A stretch of DNA of 64,000 bases from Acidimicrobiales bacterium (GTDB lineage: Bacteria; Actinomycetota; Acidimicrobiia; Acidimicrobiales; RAAP-2): positions 1,503 through 65,502 of the forward strand of contig DATAXG010000099.1 in assembly GCA_036273055.1 (NCBI GenBank). The letters are read 5' to 3'. A model generated the notes under the pieces. It did not search any database. It was not told where the DNA came from and saw only the letters and a program-made list of their open reading frames with translations. Positions 36,677 to 45,870 of this stretch are shown here, piece after piece; position 1 is the first letter of the stretch; each line of letters opens with the position of its first letter. The position numbers and the translations under genes are program-made.

Positions 36677-39600
36677 TTAGGGAGCGGCCATGCCCACGAT
36701 GGGTTTGTTGAGCGGGGCTCCCCCGGTGGAACCCGAGAACGGGGCATCGCCGTAATTGAAGATCCCGCCGTCGGAGGCGACCAGCCAGTAGCCCCCGCCG
36801 TCGGACGTGGCGGCCATGCCGACGATCGGCTTGTTGAGGTGGATGCTTCCGGTGGAGCCCTGAAACTTGGCGTCGCCATAGGAGAAGATCCCCCCGTCGG
36901 AAGCCACCAGCCAGTAGCCGCCGCCGTCATTGGTCGCGGCCATGCCGACGATGGGCTTGTTGAGGTGGATGTTCCCACCCGAACCGTAGAACCCGGCGTC
37001 GCCGTAGTTGAAGACCCCACCGTCGCTGGCCACGAGCCAGTAGCCGTGCCCCGAGGGCGTGGCCGCCATGCCTACGATGGGCGCGTTGAGCGGCGTCCCC
37101 CCGGCCGAGCCGTAGAAGTGGGCGTCGCCGTAGTTGAAGACCCCTCCATCGGAGGCCACCAGCCAATAGCCCCGGCCGGCGGGCGTCGCCGCCATGCCCA
37201 CGATGGGCTTGTTCAGCGCGGTCCCACCGGCGGAGCCGACAAACGGGGAGCCACCGAAGTTGAAGATTCCCCCGTCGGAGGCCACCAGCGAATAGCCGGG
37301 CGGCACTGACAGCGGTGACGTCGGCGATGTTGTCGCGGCCGAAACCGCCGAGGTCGTCGTCTGGACCGCAGTCGGTGCAGCGCCCTGGTTCCCGACGTTG
37401 TCGGTAGCGTCCACGGCGAAGCCGTAGGTGTGGCCGGCAACGATCGGGACCTGCGTGCTCGTCAGCGTGGTCGCCTGCAAGAGCAGGGCGAGCGGGCCGC
37501 CGTCGGTGGACTCGTAGACGTCATAGTTCGCAACGCCGGATCCGGTGCCGTCGTTCCCCGACCACGAAACATTCAGGTTGCCAGCCGTGCTGGTCGCCGG
37601 CAGAGGCGTCACCGAGGCTGTCGGCGCCGTCGCATCGACGGTGTTGGTCCACACCGGCGTCGGGATGGCGGGGTTGCGATCGAACACGATCGAGGCCTGG
37701 CCTGCGACGGTCGTGCCCGTCGTCAGGCCGGACTTGACCGACCCCGTCCAGGACACGAAGCCCTCGCCGTCGCCGGCGGCGTCGTCGGGTGGCAGGAAGC
37801 CGGCGTTGACCGCACTGTCGAGGTCTCCCGTGGACGGGTCGACCGTCGAGAACGTCCACGTGATCACGCCGTTCGCTCCCGCCTGCGAGTCATACGCCCC
37901 GCTCACGTCGAGGTAGTCACCGTTCGGGAGGTTGAGGTTCGTGAACTGCTGGGAGAACGACTGCTGGCCGGCAGGGATGTTCACGCTGGTGCTGGCGCCG
38001 AAACCGAATCCGGTCAACTGGACCGAGTCGGGATCGATGTCAGGCGGGACGGCTTCGGTTACCACCACCTGGACAGCCGCCGCGGAGGCCGTCGGCTCGT
38101 TCTGGAAGTTCACGACGTACGGCAGCGATGACTGACCGGCCACCCACTGGGGGCTGGGGCTGGAAAACCCGGACGGCCCGACGATGCCGTTGGGATCGCC
38201 GGGATCACCGATTCTGACTCCCACCTTCGTCTTCTTGATCGGTGTGGGTGTGGGTGGAGGTGGAGGGCAGGTTTGGTTGCCCGCCGCGACCTTGAACAGC
38301 TGGATAGCCTCGAGTTCCGCGGCGAGTTTCTGTTGGTACTTCGCCTGCGCTGGTGCGAGGAGCATCTCCGCAGCCGCGATCGGCTTCCGTACGTTTATGA
38401 GCGTGTCGATGGCGCTGTACACGGCCAAACCGGCGTTAACCAACGAAAGGACGGCGCCCGATTTCGCGACCGACAGGCCCACGTCGGAGGTGGGCGACTG
38501 ATTGTGGTTCAGGATCGCAAGCGTGCTGTTCAGTCCTGCCTGGAGCAGGAGGTTCGCTTGGTTCAACTTGAAGAGCGTGTCCGGGCCCGGGGTAGTCATC
38601 GCGTTCACCACCGCCGGGATCACATTGCCCGCCAAGTTCGTGGCGAGGGCGGTGCCCAAGGTGGCGGCTTCTGAGCCCCCGGCGGCGAGTGACCACGTAG
38701 CGATCCCAACGACTGGCCCGATGGCCGCAGCCAATGCGGCCAGGGCCGTGAAGACACCGGTGACGGCGAGAGTGGTATCCCCGAGAGCGGCCCTCAAAAT
38801 TTGCTGGTAGGCGGTGACCGCCTCGGTCCAATCGGAAAAGGCCTCGTTCTTGGCCTGGACCAACGTGCTCAGCACGTGCTGTATCTCGTTGAGGGTGGAG
38901 GTCGACGAGCAGGCTGGGTCGAACTGTGCCCTCAGAATTGCGGTGACGGTCGCGTCCGTGACCTCGTTGTCCAGCCCTGCCGGCTGGGGCAGGTCCTTCA
39001 GCCCGATGTTCTGCCAGGCTTCGTACAGGCTCCGGCTGGGCAAGACCAAGTACTGAAGTCCCTGAGATACGTCGTGGGGCGAGACTGCAGCGACGGCCTG
39101 ATCGGTGAGAAGGCTGTGGGCCAGGTCCAGCGCGCTGGTCGTACCCCCGATGGCAGCCACGTCGGACGGCTGTGCGGCGAGGGGAACCTCGTCGGCGGGC
39201 AGGTTGACCAGCGCCTCAGATGCCGGCGCGGTCACGTCCACGGCCGTGCCGCCGCTGGCAAGTGTGATGGTTTGGGTCGTGCTCAGCCCCCCCGGTTCCT
39301 CGACGAGTAGGGTATACGGACCAGGTGCCAGTTCAGTGATCTGCTGGGAAGCAGTCTGGTCAGAGGCGCTGCGGGCCGCACCGAGGACGACGGTTCGGAC
39401 GACTGTGCCAGTGCCGTCCTCCACTCCGACCACGACCAGCGGAAGGACGCTCGACCCCGTCTCGGGCTCCAGCGACAGCGACAAGGTCGACCCGGTCGAA
39501 GCAAGAACCCCATTGCCAACCGCCGTACTGCCGGCGGTGACGCTCACTCCGGTCACCACCGTCGGGGCATGAGTGGGTTCGCTGATCGAAAGGCTGTACG

Positions 39601-42600
39601 TGGACGGGGCGAGCCCGGGAAGGGTGTAGGTGCCGTCTGCCGCCGTCAGAGTTCCTCCCTCGACCAATCCGGACTCACTGACGGCGGTCACCTCAGCACC
39701 GGAGATAGGCGCTGCGCTCGTGTCGGTGATCGTTCCGGAAATGCGGCCGGCGGCACCGAGCGTGATCACCTGGGTCGGGTTGCTCGAACTCACGGTCACC
39801 GACTGCGAGGAGGGAGCGTCGACGCCATCCTCCGCGTTCAACGTGTAGACACCGGGAACGAGCTCGTCCAGAGTGGCGTCACCCGACGAGTCGGTTGTGG
39901 CGCCCACCGCGCCCGCCGTCCCCACCCCGCTGCTCGGGCTCAGGCTGACCGTGGCGCCCGTGACCGGGCCTGATCCATTGCTGACGGCGACATTGAGCGA
40001 GTCGGTCCCGGCCGTGAGTGTCGGCACCGTGGTGGTGGACCCCACAGTGGCCGTGACACTCGCCGAAAGGATGCCCACCGCGGGCGAGGCGGCCACCAGA
40101 GATACCGGCCCAGCCCGGGTGACGCTGAATTGATAGGTGCCGTCTGCCGAGGTGGTGGCGATCGCAGCCGTCTGCCCGCCCACCAGCAAGTCAACCGTCA
40201 CGCCGCTCGCCGGGCGTCCGCCCGCCTGGACAACACCCTTCACGGTGGCGACCGGGACCGTGACCACGAAGGACGGGCTGCGCGATGCCGCTCCGATGGT
40301 GAACTGATGGTCGATCGAGGTCCCTTGCACCTGTAGGTCGTAGGAGCCGGGCAGCAGGTCGGCTGCGGTGACGGAGCCTTCGGCGTCGGTGGTCAGGGTG
40401 CTCGGGAGGACGACCCCAGCGAGACCGGTGAAGGTCGGGCCGACGAGGGTCGCGTCAATACCGGTCAGTGGGTTGCCTGCACCATCTTCGATCGTGGCGG
40501 ACATGGATCCGGTGGGCGACAGGGCGAGGTCCGCTGTCGTCGTGCCACCGGCTGTGACGGTGGTGGACACTTCCGCGGCGATGTGGGTGTCGTCGGGAGG
40601 TGTCGCGCTGATCTCCACTGTCCCCACGGACAGCCCGGGGAGGGTAAACGAGCCGTCAGAAGCAGTTGTGACGGGGGCGACGCTGCCCAACGAGTCACTG
40701 GACACGATCGCCCCGGCGATCGGTACACCGGTGTCAGCGTCGGTGACCACTCCGGTCACGCTCCCACTCGCGCCCAGAACCAGATCCTCTCCGGACTGAG
40801 ACGTGGTCCCCACGACGGTCACCGAAGTCGACACATTGGCGAAGCCTGGCGCTGAGGCGATGATCGTGTACCCGCCCGGGCCCAGTCCGCCGATCTGGTA
40901 GCCCCCGTCGCCGTTGCTGTCGAGGGTGCCGTCCTGCGACGGGTCGCCGTTGCTCGGTACGGCGTCAACCAACGTGCCGGCGGGCGGGGTGCCGCCACCG
41001 GGGATCGTGATCGTTCCGGACACGGTGGCTCCGGGTTGCAGGGCGAAGTTGTCGATGGTTGTCGCGCTCGCGGCAACCGTCTCCGTCTGGTCGGTAACGG
41101 GGACGAGCCCGGCGGCGGATGCAGTCACCGTCACCGCGCCGGACTCGAGACCCGTGATCTGGTATGCGCCGTCGGCGCCGGTCAACTCGCTGATGAGCGT
41201 CCCGTCGGAGTCTGTCGCGGTGACTGTCGCCCCGCTGACCGGATGGGCTGTTGATGCATCGGTGACCACCCCGGTGAGCGTCGCACCGGGGTTCAGGTTC
41301 ACCGTCAGGCCCGTGGCGGTCGGGTTGGCCACTACCTGCTGCGCTGGACGTGGCGTGTACCCCGCCGCAGTGAGCCCGTAGGTACCCGGATCGACGTCCC
41401 AAATGTTGAAGTCGCCGTTGTACCAGCTGTCTGTCCCGTAGAGCGGGTCCCCGTCGGCGTCCGAAAGGGTCAGGTCCACGCGTCCCGGCAGCGTGGCGCC
41501 CTGCAGCGTTCCCGAGACCGGCGCGCCCGGCGCGGTCGCCAAGGCCCGGTCGATCAGGTAGCCGAAGACCTGGTCTTGGGAGGTGAATGTGATGCCGTAA
41601 CCGGCCGCCTCGGCGAAGACTGCGGGCAGTGAGGCGGCGTACGACCCTTCCGTCGAACCCATCTGGGTGGCGATGTCGTTGACCACTGACGTCCAGTCGG
41701 CCGTTGACAGACCGGCGGGCTGGCCGGACGCCAGCTGGGCCGACCAGTCGATCGGAGTCGGATCGGCGCTGGTGACGGCCTCCGCGGTATAGAACATGTC
41801 TTCGTCGCCCTCGTCCTGACTGGCCTGCACCGGGAACAGGAAGGTCCCGGAGTCGCCGGGTGGAAGGACCGATGGCGGAAGAAGTTCGGATTTCCCTAAG
41901 GACCGTACAGAGAATTGCGGATTGACGAGATCGGCCGACTGCCCGAAGGTCGACGAGCCGGGCGCCGCGACCTCGCCGAGCAGATCGGCGCTCACCGTGA
42001 TGATGGGGACCGTGACTTCGGTATCGCCCACGTTGGTCACCGTCACCGCGACGCTGCCGCTCCACCCGAACCGGATGGACGACGGTCCGGTGGCGGTGAC
42101 CGTGACCCCATTGGTCGACGCGTTCGTGACCGTGAACGCCGACGAGAGTGTCGTCGTCCGCCCGTGCGAGGTGACGGTGATGTCGAACACCCCGGCGGCT
42201 AACAGGTCGAGCTTGAAGCTGGCGTACAGCAAGGTCGAATTGGGCACGTCCACGCTGTAGGCGCTCAGTTGCGCACCACTGAGGTTGCTCAGGGTGACGC
42301 TCGTATCGGACCCGAAGTCGGATCCTTGGAGACCAATGACCGAGGGCTGCTGGTCGGGCTGATCGCTCCCGGTGCTCGGATCGATGTGCGTGACGGTGAG
42401 GCCGATCATCGCGGCGGTGACCGTCTCCGACTCGCCAGGCGGTGCCCCAGCTCCATCGTCCCCGTGCAGGTCGATGTACCACACGCCGGGAGTCGACTCG
42501 GGCAGGACCAAGGTGGCCGGGCCGGCCGACCCCGATGCCTGCTCCGTCGAGGAATTCTCCGTCGGGAACACTCCCGGGCTGGCCAGCAGGTCCACCCCTT

Positions 42601-45514
42601 GCTGAGTGAGGCTGACTTGGGAGTCGGCGCTGTCGCCGACGTTGACCAGGACGTAGAAGTCCTGGCCGGCTGCGACTGTCGTACTGACGGGTCCATTGCC
42701 GAGATCGGGCGGAGGAGATATCACGAAGGGGGACGAGGCTGCCTGCGTGTCGGCCGAGGGATCCGACACCCTCGCGCCGCTATCGGGCACGACGATCAGC
42801 TGGTAGTTGCCGCCGGCCGGGAGCGGAGGCAGGAAGGCCTGGACGGTCACGTCGTAGGCATCGCCCGGCCCGACGCTGGTCGTTTGGGAGATTCGTTCGA
42901 GCAGGACGTCGCTCGAGTTGTAGGTGCCGCTGGTGCCGACGTAGACCGAGTCGTTCCACGGTGCGAATGCCATCCCCGTCCCGGTGTTCGTCACGTGGAA
43001 CGTGGCACTGACGGCCTGCCCGGGACTCGGGCTGGTGTTGGGAGCGGTCGGCGCGCTCACGTTGCTCGCGGCCAACACGACCGTTCCGCCGGGAGCCGTG
43101 TTGGCCCCGACCACAAGGGACACGGCGGACGCTGTGTATCCCACCGAAAAGGCCGCGCTCGGTGTGATCTGCGCCCCGTTCAACGTGGAGAACGTGCCAG
43201 TAACGCTCGGCTCTCTCTGTGGATTGCTCGCGCTCACAATGGTGAACGTGTCACCGATCGTTGGCGGCGCATACCCGCCCGGCAACGTGAGGTCCAAGGT
43301 GCCGGCGAGCGAGATGGTGCCAGCGCCATTGAGAGAGGTCGTGGTGCCCACCGGGATGGTCGAGAAGTCACCGCTCGCCGGGTTGCCGTCGACCGTCAGG
43401 CCGAGGTGGGCGTTGGCCGACTCGGTCAGATTGAAGACGTTCAACACCGCACTCGGACCCAGATCGAGCGTCCCGTTGTTGTTGATCACAGGGTTCTCGT
43501 TGTCGCCGTTCTGGTTGAGATCGTGGCCGACCAGCTGACCATCGACGGTCATGGTGGCGTTGTTGGTGATGACGTTGTTCTCGTCGGACAGCGTGTGGTC
43601 GGCAGCGAGGTCGATCGTGCCGTTGTTGATGATGTTGAATTCGATAAACCGGGTATCCCCTCCACCCTGCTCGCTGAGCAACTGGCCGCCGGACGCAATG
43701 GTCTCGGTGAACGCCGAAGGCCCCGTCGCCCCCGCCGTCTCGATCGCCGCGTAGCCCTGGCCGTCGGTGCTGTTCAGAATCACCGTCCCGCCCCAGGAGT
43801 AGCTCCCTTCCACCTTGACGTCCGCGTCACTCTGGTCGCCTTCTGGGGCGTTCCCGTCGGGAAATGTATCCGTACCCCCGAGCACCCGGATGGTCTGGCC
43901 TGCCACCATGTTCCCGGTCAACGTGGCGCCGCCCTGGAGGTCCCACTCCCCTTTGCCCGGCCCCGTGAACACCAGGCCCGTCTGGCCGACGAGAAGGATC
44001 GGCTGGGTGCTACTGGAGGTATCGGTCGCGTTCTCGGTGAAGGTCGCCTGCAGGCCCGTCAGGACGAGGCTGCCGTCGTCAGTGAGGGTGCCGCCCTCCG
44101 CGTCGATCGTGGAATGGCTCGACACATCGAGCTCGGCCGTCCCCTCGACGGTCATATTCCCCGCGGTGATCGTGATGTTGCCGACCCCGTTGTCCCAGTC
44201 CATTTCGTTGTCGGCGGCGGCCAGGTCGACGTTCCCGCCATCGACGTCGATGTTGGCCCTGAGATACCGGGGGGCCTCTCCCGTGGTACCCGTCCCCTGG
44301 GTCTTCAGCAGGCCGCCGGCCGGGATGGTCTGCGTGCCGGTGCCCTCGAGGTCGGCGGAGTCGGTGCTGACGCCGTTGCTGTCGAGGATGACCGTTCCGC
44401 CCCAGGTGTTGGACCCCTGGACGGTGAGCTCGGCGGCGTCTTCATCCGGGAACGGCGAGTCCGTGCCACCGTCGACGCGAATTGTCTGTCCTGCGACCAT
44501 GTTGCCGGAGACGGAGTTGGCCGTCGCCTGGAAGTCCCACAGGCCCGCCCCCGAGCCCGTGAAATTGAGCGCCGATCCGACCAGGTGGATCTCGTTGCCG
44601 GTGACGGTCGTGGCCGCCTGGTTCATGACGGCACCCGTCACCTCGAGGCTGCCGTCGTTGGTGATCGTGCCGATGGTGTCCGTGAGAGTGGCGGTGTTCG
44701 ACCCGCTGCCCTCGACTTCGAAGTAGCCCCCCGAGTCCACGGTCAAGGTCCCGTCGTTGGTGAGTGTGACGGGGCCCGGAGCACTCGGGCGCTGGAACTC
44801 TTGACCGATGCCGAGGTTCCCGGCGACCTCCAGCGTCCCGGTGTTGGTCATGTCGAGCCCGACGATGTCATCGCTCGCTGCGCTCGCCGTGGCCCCGGTC
44901 GACTCGGCGATGAAATCCCCGGCGTTGCTGAAGTCAGGAGCGCCTGTTGAGGCAGCCAGCTCGGCAAAATCCCCGGCGGCGCTGGCCGAGCCGAGCTCGA
45001 TCTCCCCGTCGGAGAGGATCCTGCTCTGCACGGTTGTACTGCTGAGCGTGAGCAGGTTGTTCCCACCGCTCACCGGCGACGAGTCGATCACCAGTGTCTG
45101 GGTGCCCCCGCTCCCCCCGCCCACCGTCAGGGAGTCAACGGTGACACTGCCTTCCTCGTCCAGATTGACCGTGGTGCTGGCCGACATGCCGGGCCCGATG
45201 CACACGTCGTCGGTGGAGTCGGGGACGGAGCCCGACGACCAGTTGCCCGCCGAGGTCCACTGGTTGTCACCGGCGCCGCCGGTCCAGGTGTTGGTGCACG
45301 TGGATTGCGCCGCCGTTGGAGTGGCATCCGTGAGGGTGGCGATCGAGCCGCCCAAAGTGCCGGCAATCAGGGCAGCCGACAGGACGCTCCTGGTTCCGCG
45401 CAGACCCCGACCTCTCGCGCTCCGGGACCTGCCCATCGCGGGCCTTGCCTGCCGACCGCTCGGGCTTGCGAGTGCACCGCGGACATGCCGCCCCATCGTG
45501 AAGCACCGCACCAC
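36677..45514 (-). CDS. giant (2945 aa) secreted multi-domain surface/adhesin-like protein
   Basis: Single uninterrupted ORF. GGAAGGAG SD lies just upstream of GTG 45514. Long Arg-rich N-region plus hydrophobic signal (...SVLSAALIAGTLGGSIATLTDATPTAAQS). See findings for the domain order. Confidence 0.9.
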   Translation of the reverse strand: MVRCFTMGRHVRGALASPSGRQARPAMGRSRSARGRGLRGTRSVLSAALIAGTLGGSIATLTDATPTAAQSTCTNTWTGGAGDNQWTSAGNWSSGSVPDSTDDVCIGPGMSASTTVNLDEEGSVTVDSLTVGGGSGGTQTLVIDSSPVSGGNNLLTLSSTTVQSRILSDGEIELGSASAAGDFAELAASTGAPDFSNAGDFIAESTGATASAASDDIVGLDMTNTGTLEVAGNLGIGQEFQRPSAPGPVTLTNDGTLTVDSGGYFEVEGSGSNTATLTDTIGTITNDGSLEVTGAVMNQAATTVTGNEIHLVGSALNFTGSGAGLWDFQATANSVSGNMVAGQTIRVDGGTDSPFPDEDAAELTVQGSNTWGGTVILDSNGVSTDSADLEGTGTQTIPAGGLLKTQGTGTTGEAPRYLRANIDVDGGNVDLAAADNEMDWDNGVGNITITAGNMTVEGTAELDVSSHSTIDAEGGTLTDDGSLVLTGLQATFTENATDTSSSTQPILLVGQTGLVFTGPGKGEWDLQGGATLTGNMVAGQTIRVLGGTDTFPDGNAPEGDQSDADVKVEGSYSWGGTVILNSTDGQGYAAIETAGATGPSAFTETIASGGQLLSEQGGGDTRFIEFNIINNGTIDLAADHTLSDENNVITNNATMTVDGQLVGHDLNQNGDNENPVINNNGTLDLGPSAVLNVFNLTESANAHLGLTVDGNPASGDFSTIPVGTTTSLNGAGTISLAGTLDLTLPGGYAPPTIGDTFTIVSASNPQREPSVTGTFSTLNGAQITPSAAFSVGYTASAVSLVVGANTAPGGTVVLAASNVSAPTAPNTSPSPGQAVSATFHVTNTGTGMAFAPWNDSVYVGTSGTYNSSDVLLERISQTTSVGPGDAYDVTVQAFLPPLPAGGNYQLIVVPDSGARVSDPSADTQAASSPFVISPPPDLGNGPVSTTVAAGQDFYVLVNVGDSADSQVSLTQQGVDLLASPGVFPTENSSTEQASGSAGPATLVLPESTPGVWYIDLHGDDGAGAPPGESETVTAAMIGLTVTHIDPSTGSDQPDQQPSVIGLQGSDFGSDTSVTLSNLSGAQLSAYSVDVPNSTLLYASFKLDLLAAGVFDITVTSHGRTTTLSSAFTVTNASTNGVTVTATGPSSIRFGWSGSVAVTVTNVGDTEVTVPIITVSADLLGEVAAPGSSTFGQSADLVNPQFSVRSLGKSELLPPSVLPPGDSGTFLFPVQASQDEGDEDMFYTAEAVTSADPTPIDWSAQLASGQPAGLSTADWTSVVNDIATQMGSTEGSYAASLPAVFAEAAGYGITFTSQDQVFGYLIDRALATAPGAPVSGTLQGATLPGRVDLTLSDADGDPLYGTDSWYNGDFNIWDVDPGTYGLTAAGYTPRPAQQVVANPTATGLTVNLNPGATLTGVVTDASTAHPVSGATVTATDSDGTLISELTGADGAYQITGLESGAVTVTASAAGLVPVTDQTETVAASATTIDNFALQPGATVSGTITIPGGGTPPAGTLVDAVPSNGDPSQDGTLDSNGDGGYQIGGLGPGGYTIIASAPGFANVSTSVTVVGTTSQSGEDLVLGASGSVTGVVTDADTGVPIAGAIVSSDSLGSVAPVTTASDGSFTLPGLSVGTVEISATPPDDTHIAAEVSTTVTAGGTTTADLALSPTGSMSATIEDGAGNPLTGIDATLVGPTFTGLAGVVLPSTLTTDAEGSVTAADLLPGSYDLQVQGTSIDHQFTIGAASRSPSFVVTVPVATVKGVVQAGGRPASGVTVDLLVGGQTAAIATTSADGTYQFSVTRAGPVSLVAASPAVGILSASVTATVGSTTTVPTLTAGTDSLNVAVSNGSGPVTGATVSLSPSSGVGTAGAVGATTDSSGDATLDELVPGVYTLNAEDGVDAPSSQSVTVSSSNPTQVITLGAAGRISGTITDTSAAPISGAEVTAVSESGLVEGGTLTAADGTYTLPGLAPSTYSLSISEPTHAPTVVTGVSVTAGSTAVGNGVLASTGSTLSLSLEPETGSSVLPLVVVGVEDGTGTVVRTVVLGAARSASDQTASQQITELAPGPYTLLVEEPGGLSTTQTITLASGGTAVDVTAPASEALVNLPADEVPLAAQPSDVAAIGGTTSALDLAHSLLTDQAVAAVSPHDVSQGLQYLVLPSRSLYEAWQNIGLKDLPQPAGLDNEVTDATVTAILRAQFDPACSSTSTLNEIQHVLSTLVQAKNEAFSDWTEAVTAYQQILRAALGDTTLAVTGVFTALAALAAAIGPVVGIATWSLAAGGSEAATLGTALATNLAGNVIPAVVNAMTTPGPDTLFKLNQANLLLQAGLNSTLAILNHNQSPTSDVGLSVAKSGAVLSLVNAGLAVYSAIDTLINVRKPIAAAEMLLAPAQAKYQQKLAAELEAIQLFKVAAGNQTCPPPPPTPTPIKKTKVGVRIGDPGDPNGIVGPSGFSSPSPQWVAGQSSLPYVVNFQNEPTASAAAVQVVVTEAVPPDIDPDSVQLTGFGFGASTSVNIPAGQQSFSQQFTNLNLPNGDYLDVSGAYDSQAGANGVITWTFSTVDPSTGDLDSAVNAGFLPPDDAAGDGEGFVSWTGSVKSGLTTGTTVAGQASIVFDRNPAIPTPVWTNTVDATAPTASVTPLPATSTAGNLNVSWSGNDGTGSGVANYDVYESTDGGPLALLLQATTLTSTQVPIVAGHTYGFAVDATDNVGNQGAAPTAVQTTTSAVSAATTSPTSPLSVPPGYSLVASDGGIFNFGGSPFVGSAGGTALNKPIVGMAATPAGRGYWLVASDGGVFNYGDAHFYGSAGGTPLNAPIVGMAATPSGHGYWLVASDGGVFNYGDAGFYGSGGNIHLNKPIVGMAATNDGGGYWLVASDGGIFSYGDAKFQGSTGSIHLNKPIVGMAATSDGGGYWLVASDGGIFNYGDAPFSGSTGGAPLNKPIVGMAAP
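36680..37297 (-). repeat. five tandem 126-nt (42-aa) coding repeats at the 3' end of the giant gene
   Basis: GY(W/S)LVASDGG(I/V)FN(Y/F)GDAxFxGSxGGxxLN(K/A)PIVGMAATxxGx five times (aa 2740..2945). At DNA level, GCCATGCC(C/G)ACGATGGG(C/T)TTGTTGAG recurs with about 126-bp spacing. Confidence 0.9.
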
Positions 45515-45870
45515 GCACTCCTTCCGGCCGGCGACTCCCGGCTGTCACGGTGCCCCCTCAGTGCGACGACGCAACGTTGTCGCACTGACGCCTGATCATC
45601 TCGCCAATCGCTTGAACCCTAAGGGTCGAAGAAGCTGATTTCAAGCAGAATTCGACCCATATACGCCGAACGGCGTATGCGCGATCTGCCGGGAGTCTGA
45701 GCACTCAGGCACCTCTCCGAACGACGACGGACACGGACGTCGCGCGTGCGGCGCGCAGTGTCGGGGTCACCGCTTCGAAGGTGCGCTCGACAACAGCACG
45801 GTTTGTTGCACCGCACATGCATGCATCGCGACGGCGCGAACGTGCCACGGACGGAACGCGGCCGCTGTCG

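Noticed and set aside
36680-37297. Regularly spaced 126-bp DNA repeats as a possible CRISPR-like or satellite array
   Set aside because: The repeats lie in frame inside the giant ORF with no unique spacers, and they encode a conserved 42-aa protein motif.
40965-44950. 505-aa minus-strand and 893-aa plus-strand ORFs inside the giant gene
   Set aside because: These are alternative and antisense frames of the 2945-aa ORF. They are Arg/His/Gly-rich, whereas the main frame shows repeated, recognisable beta-domain modules.
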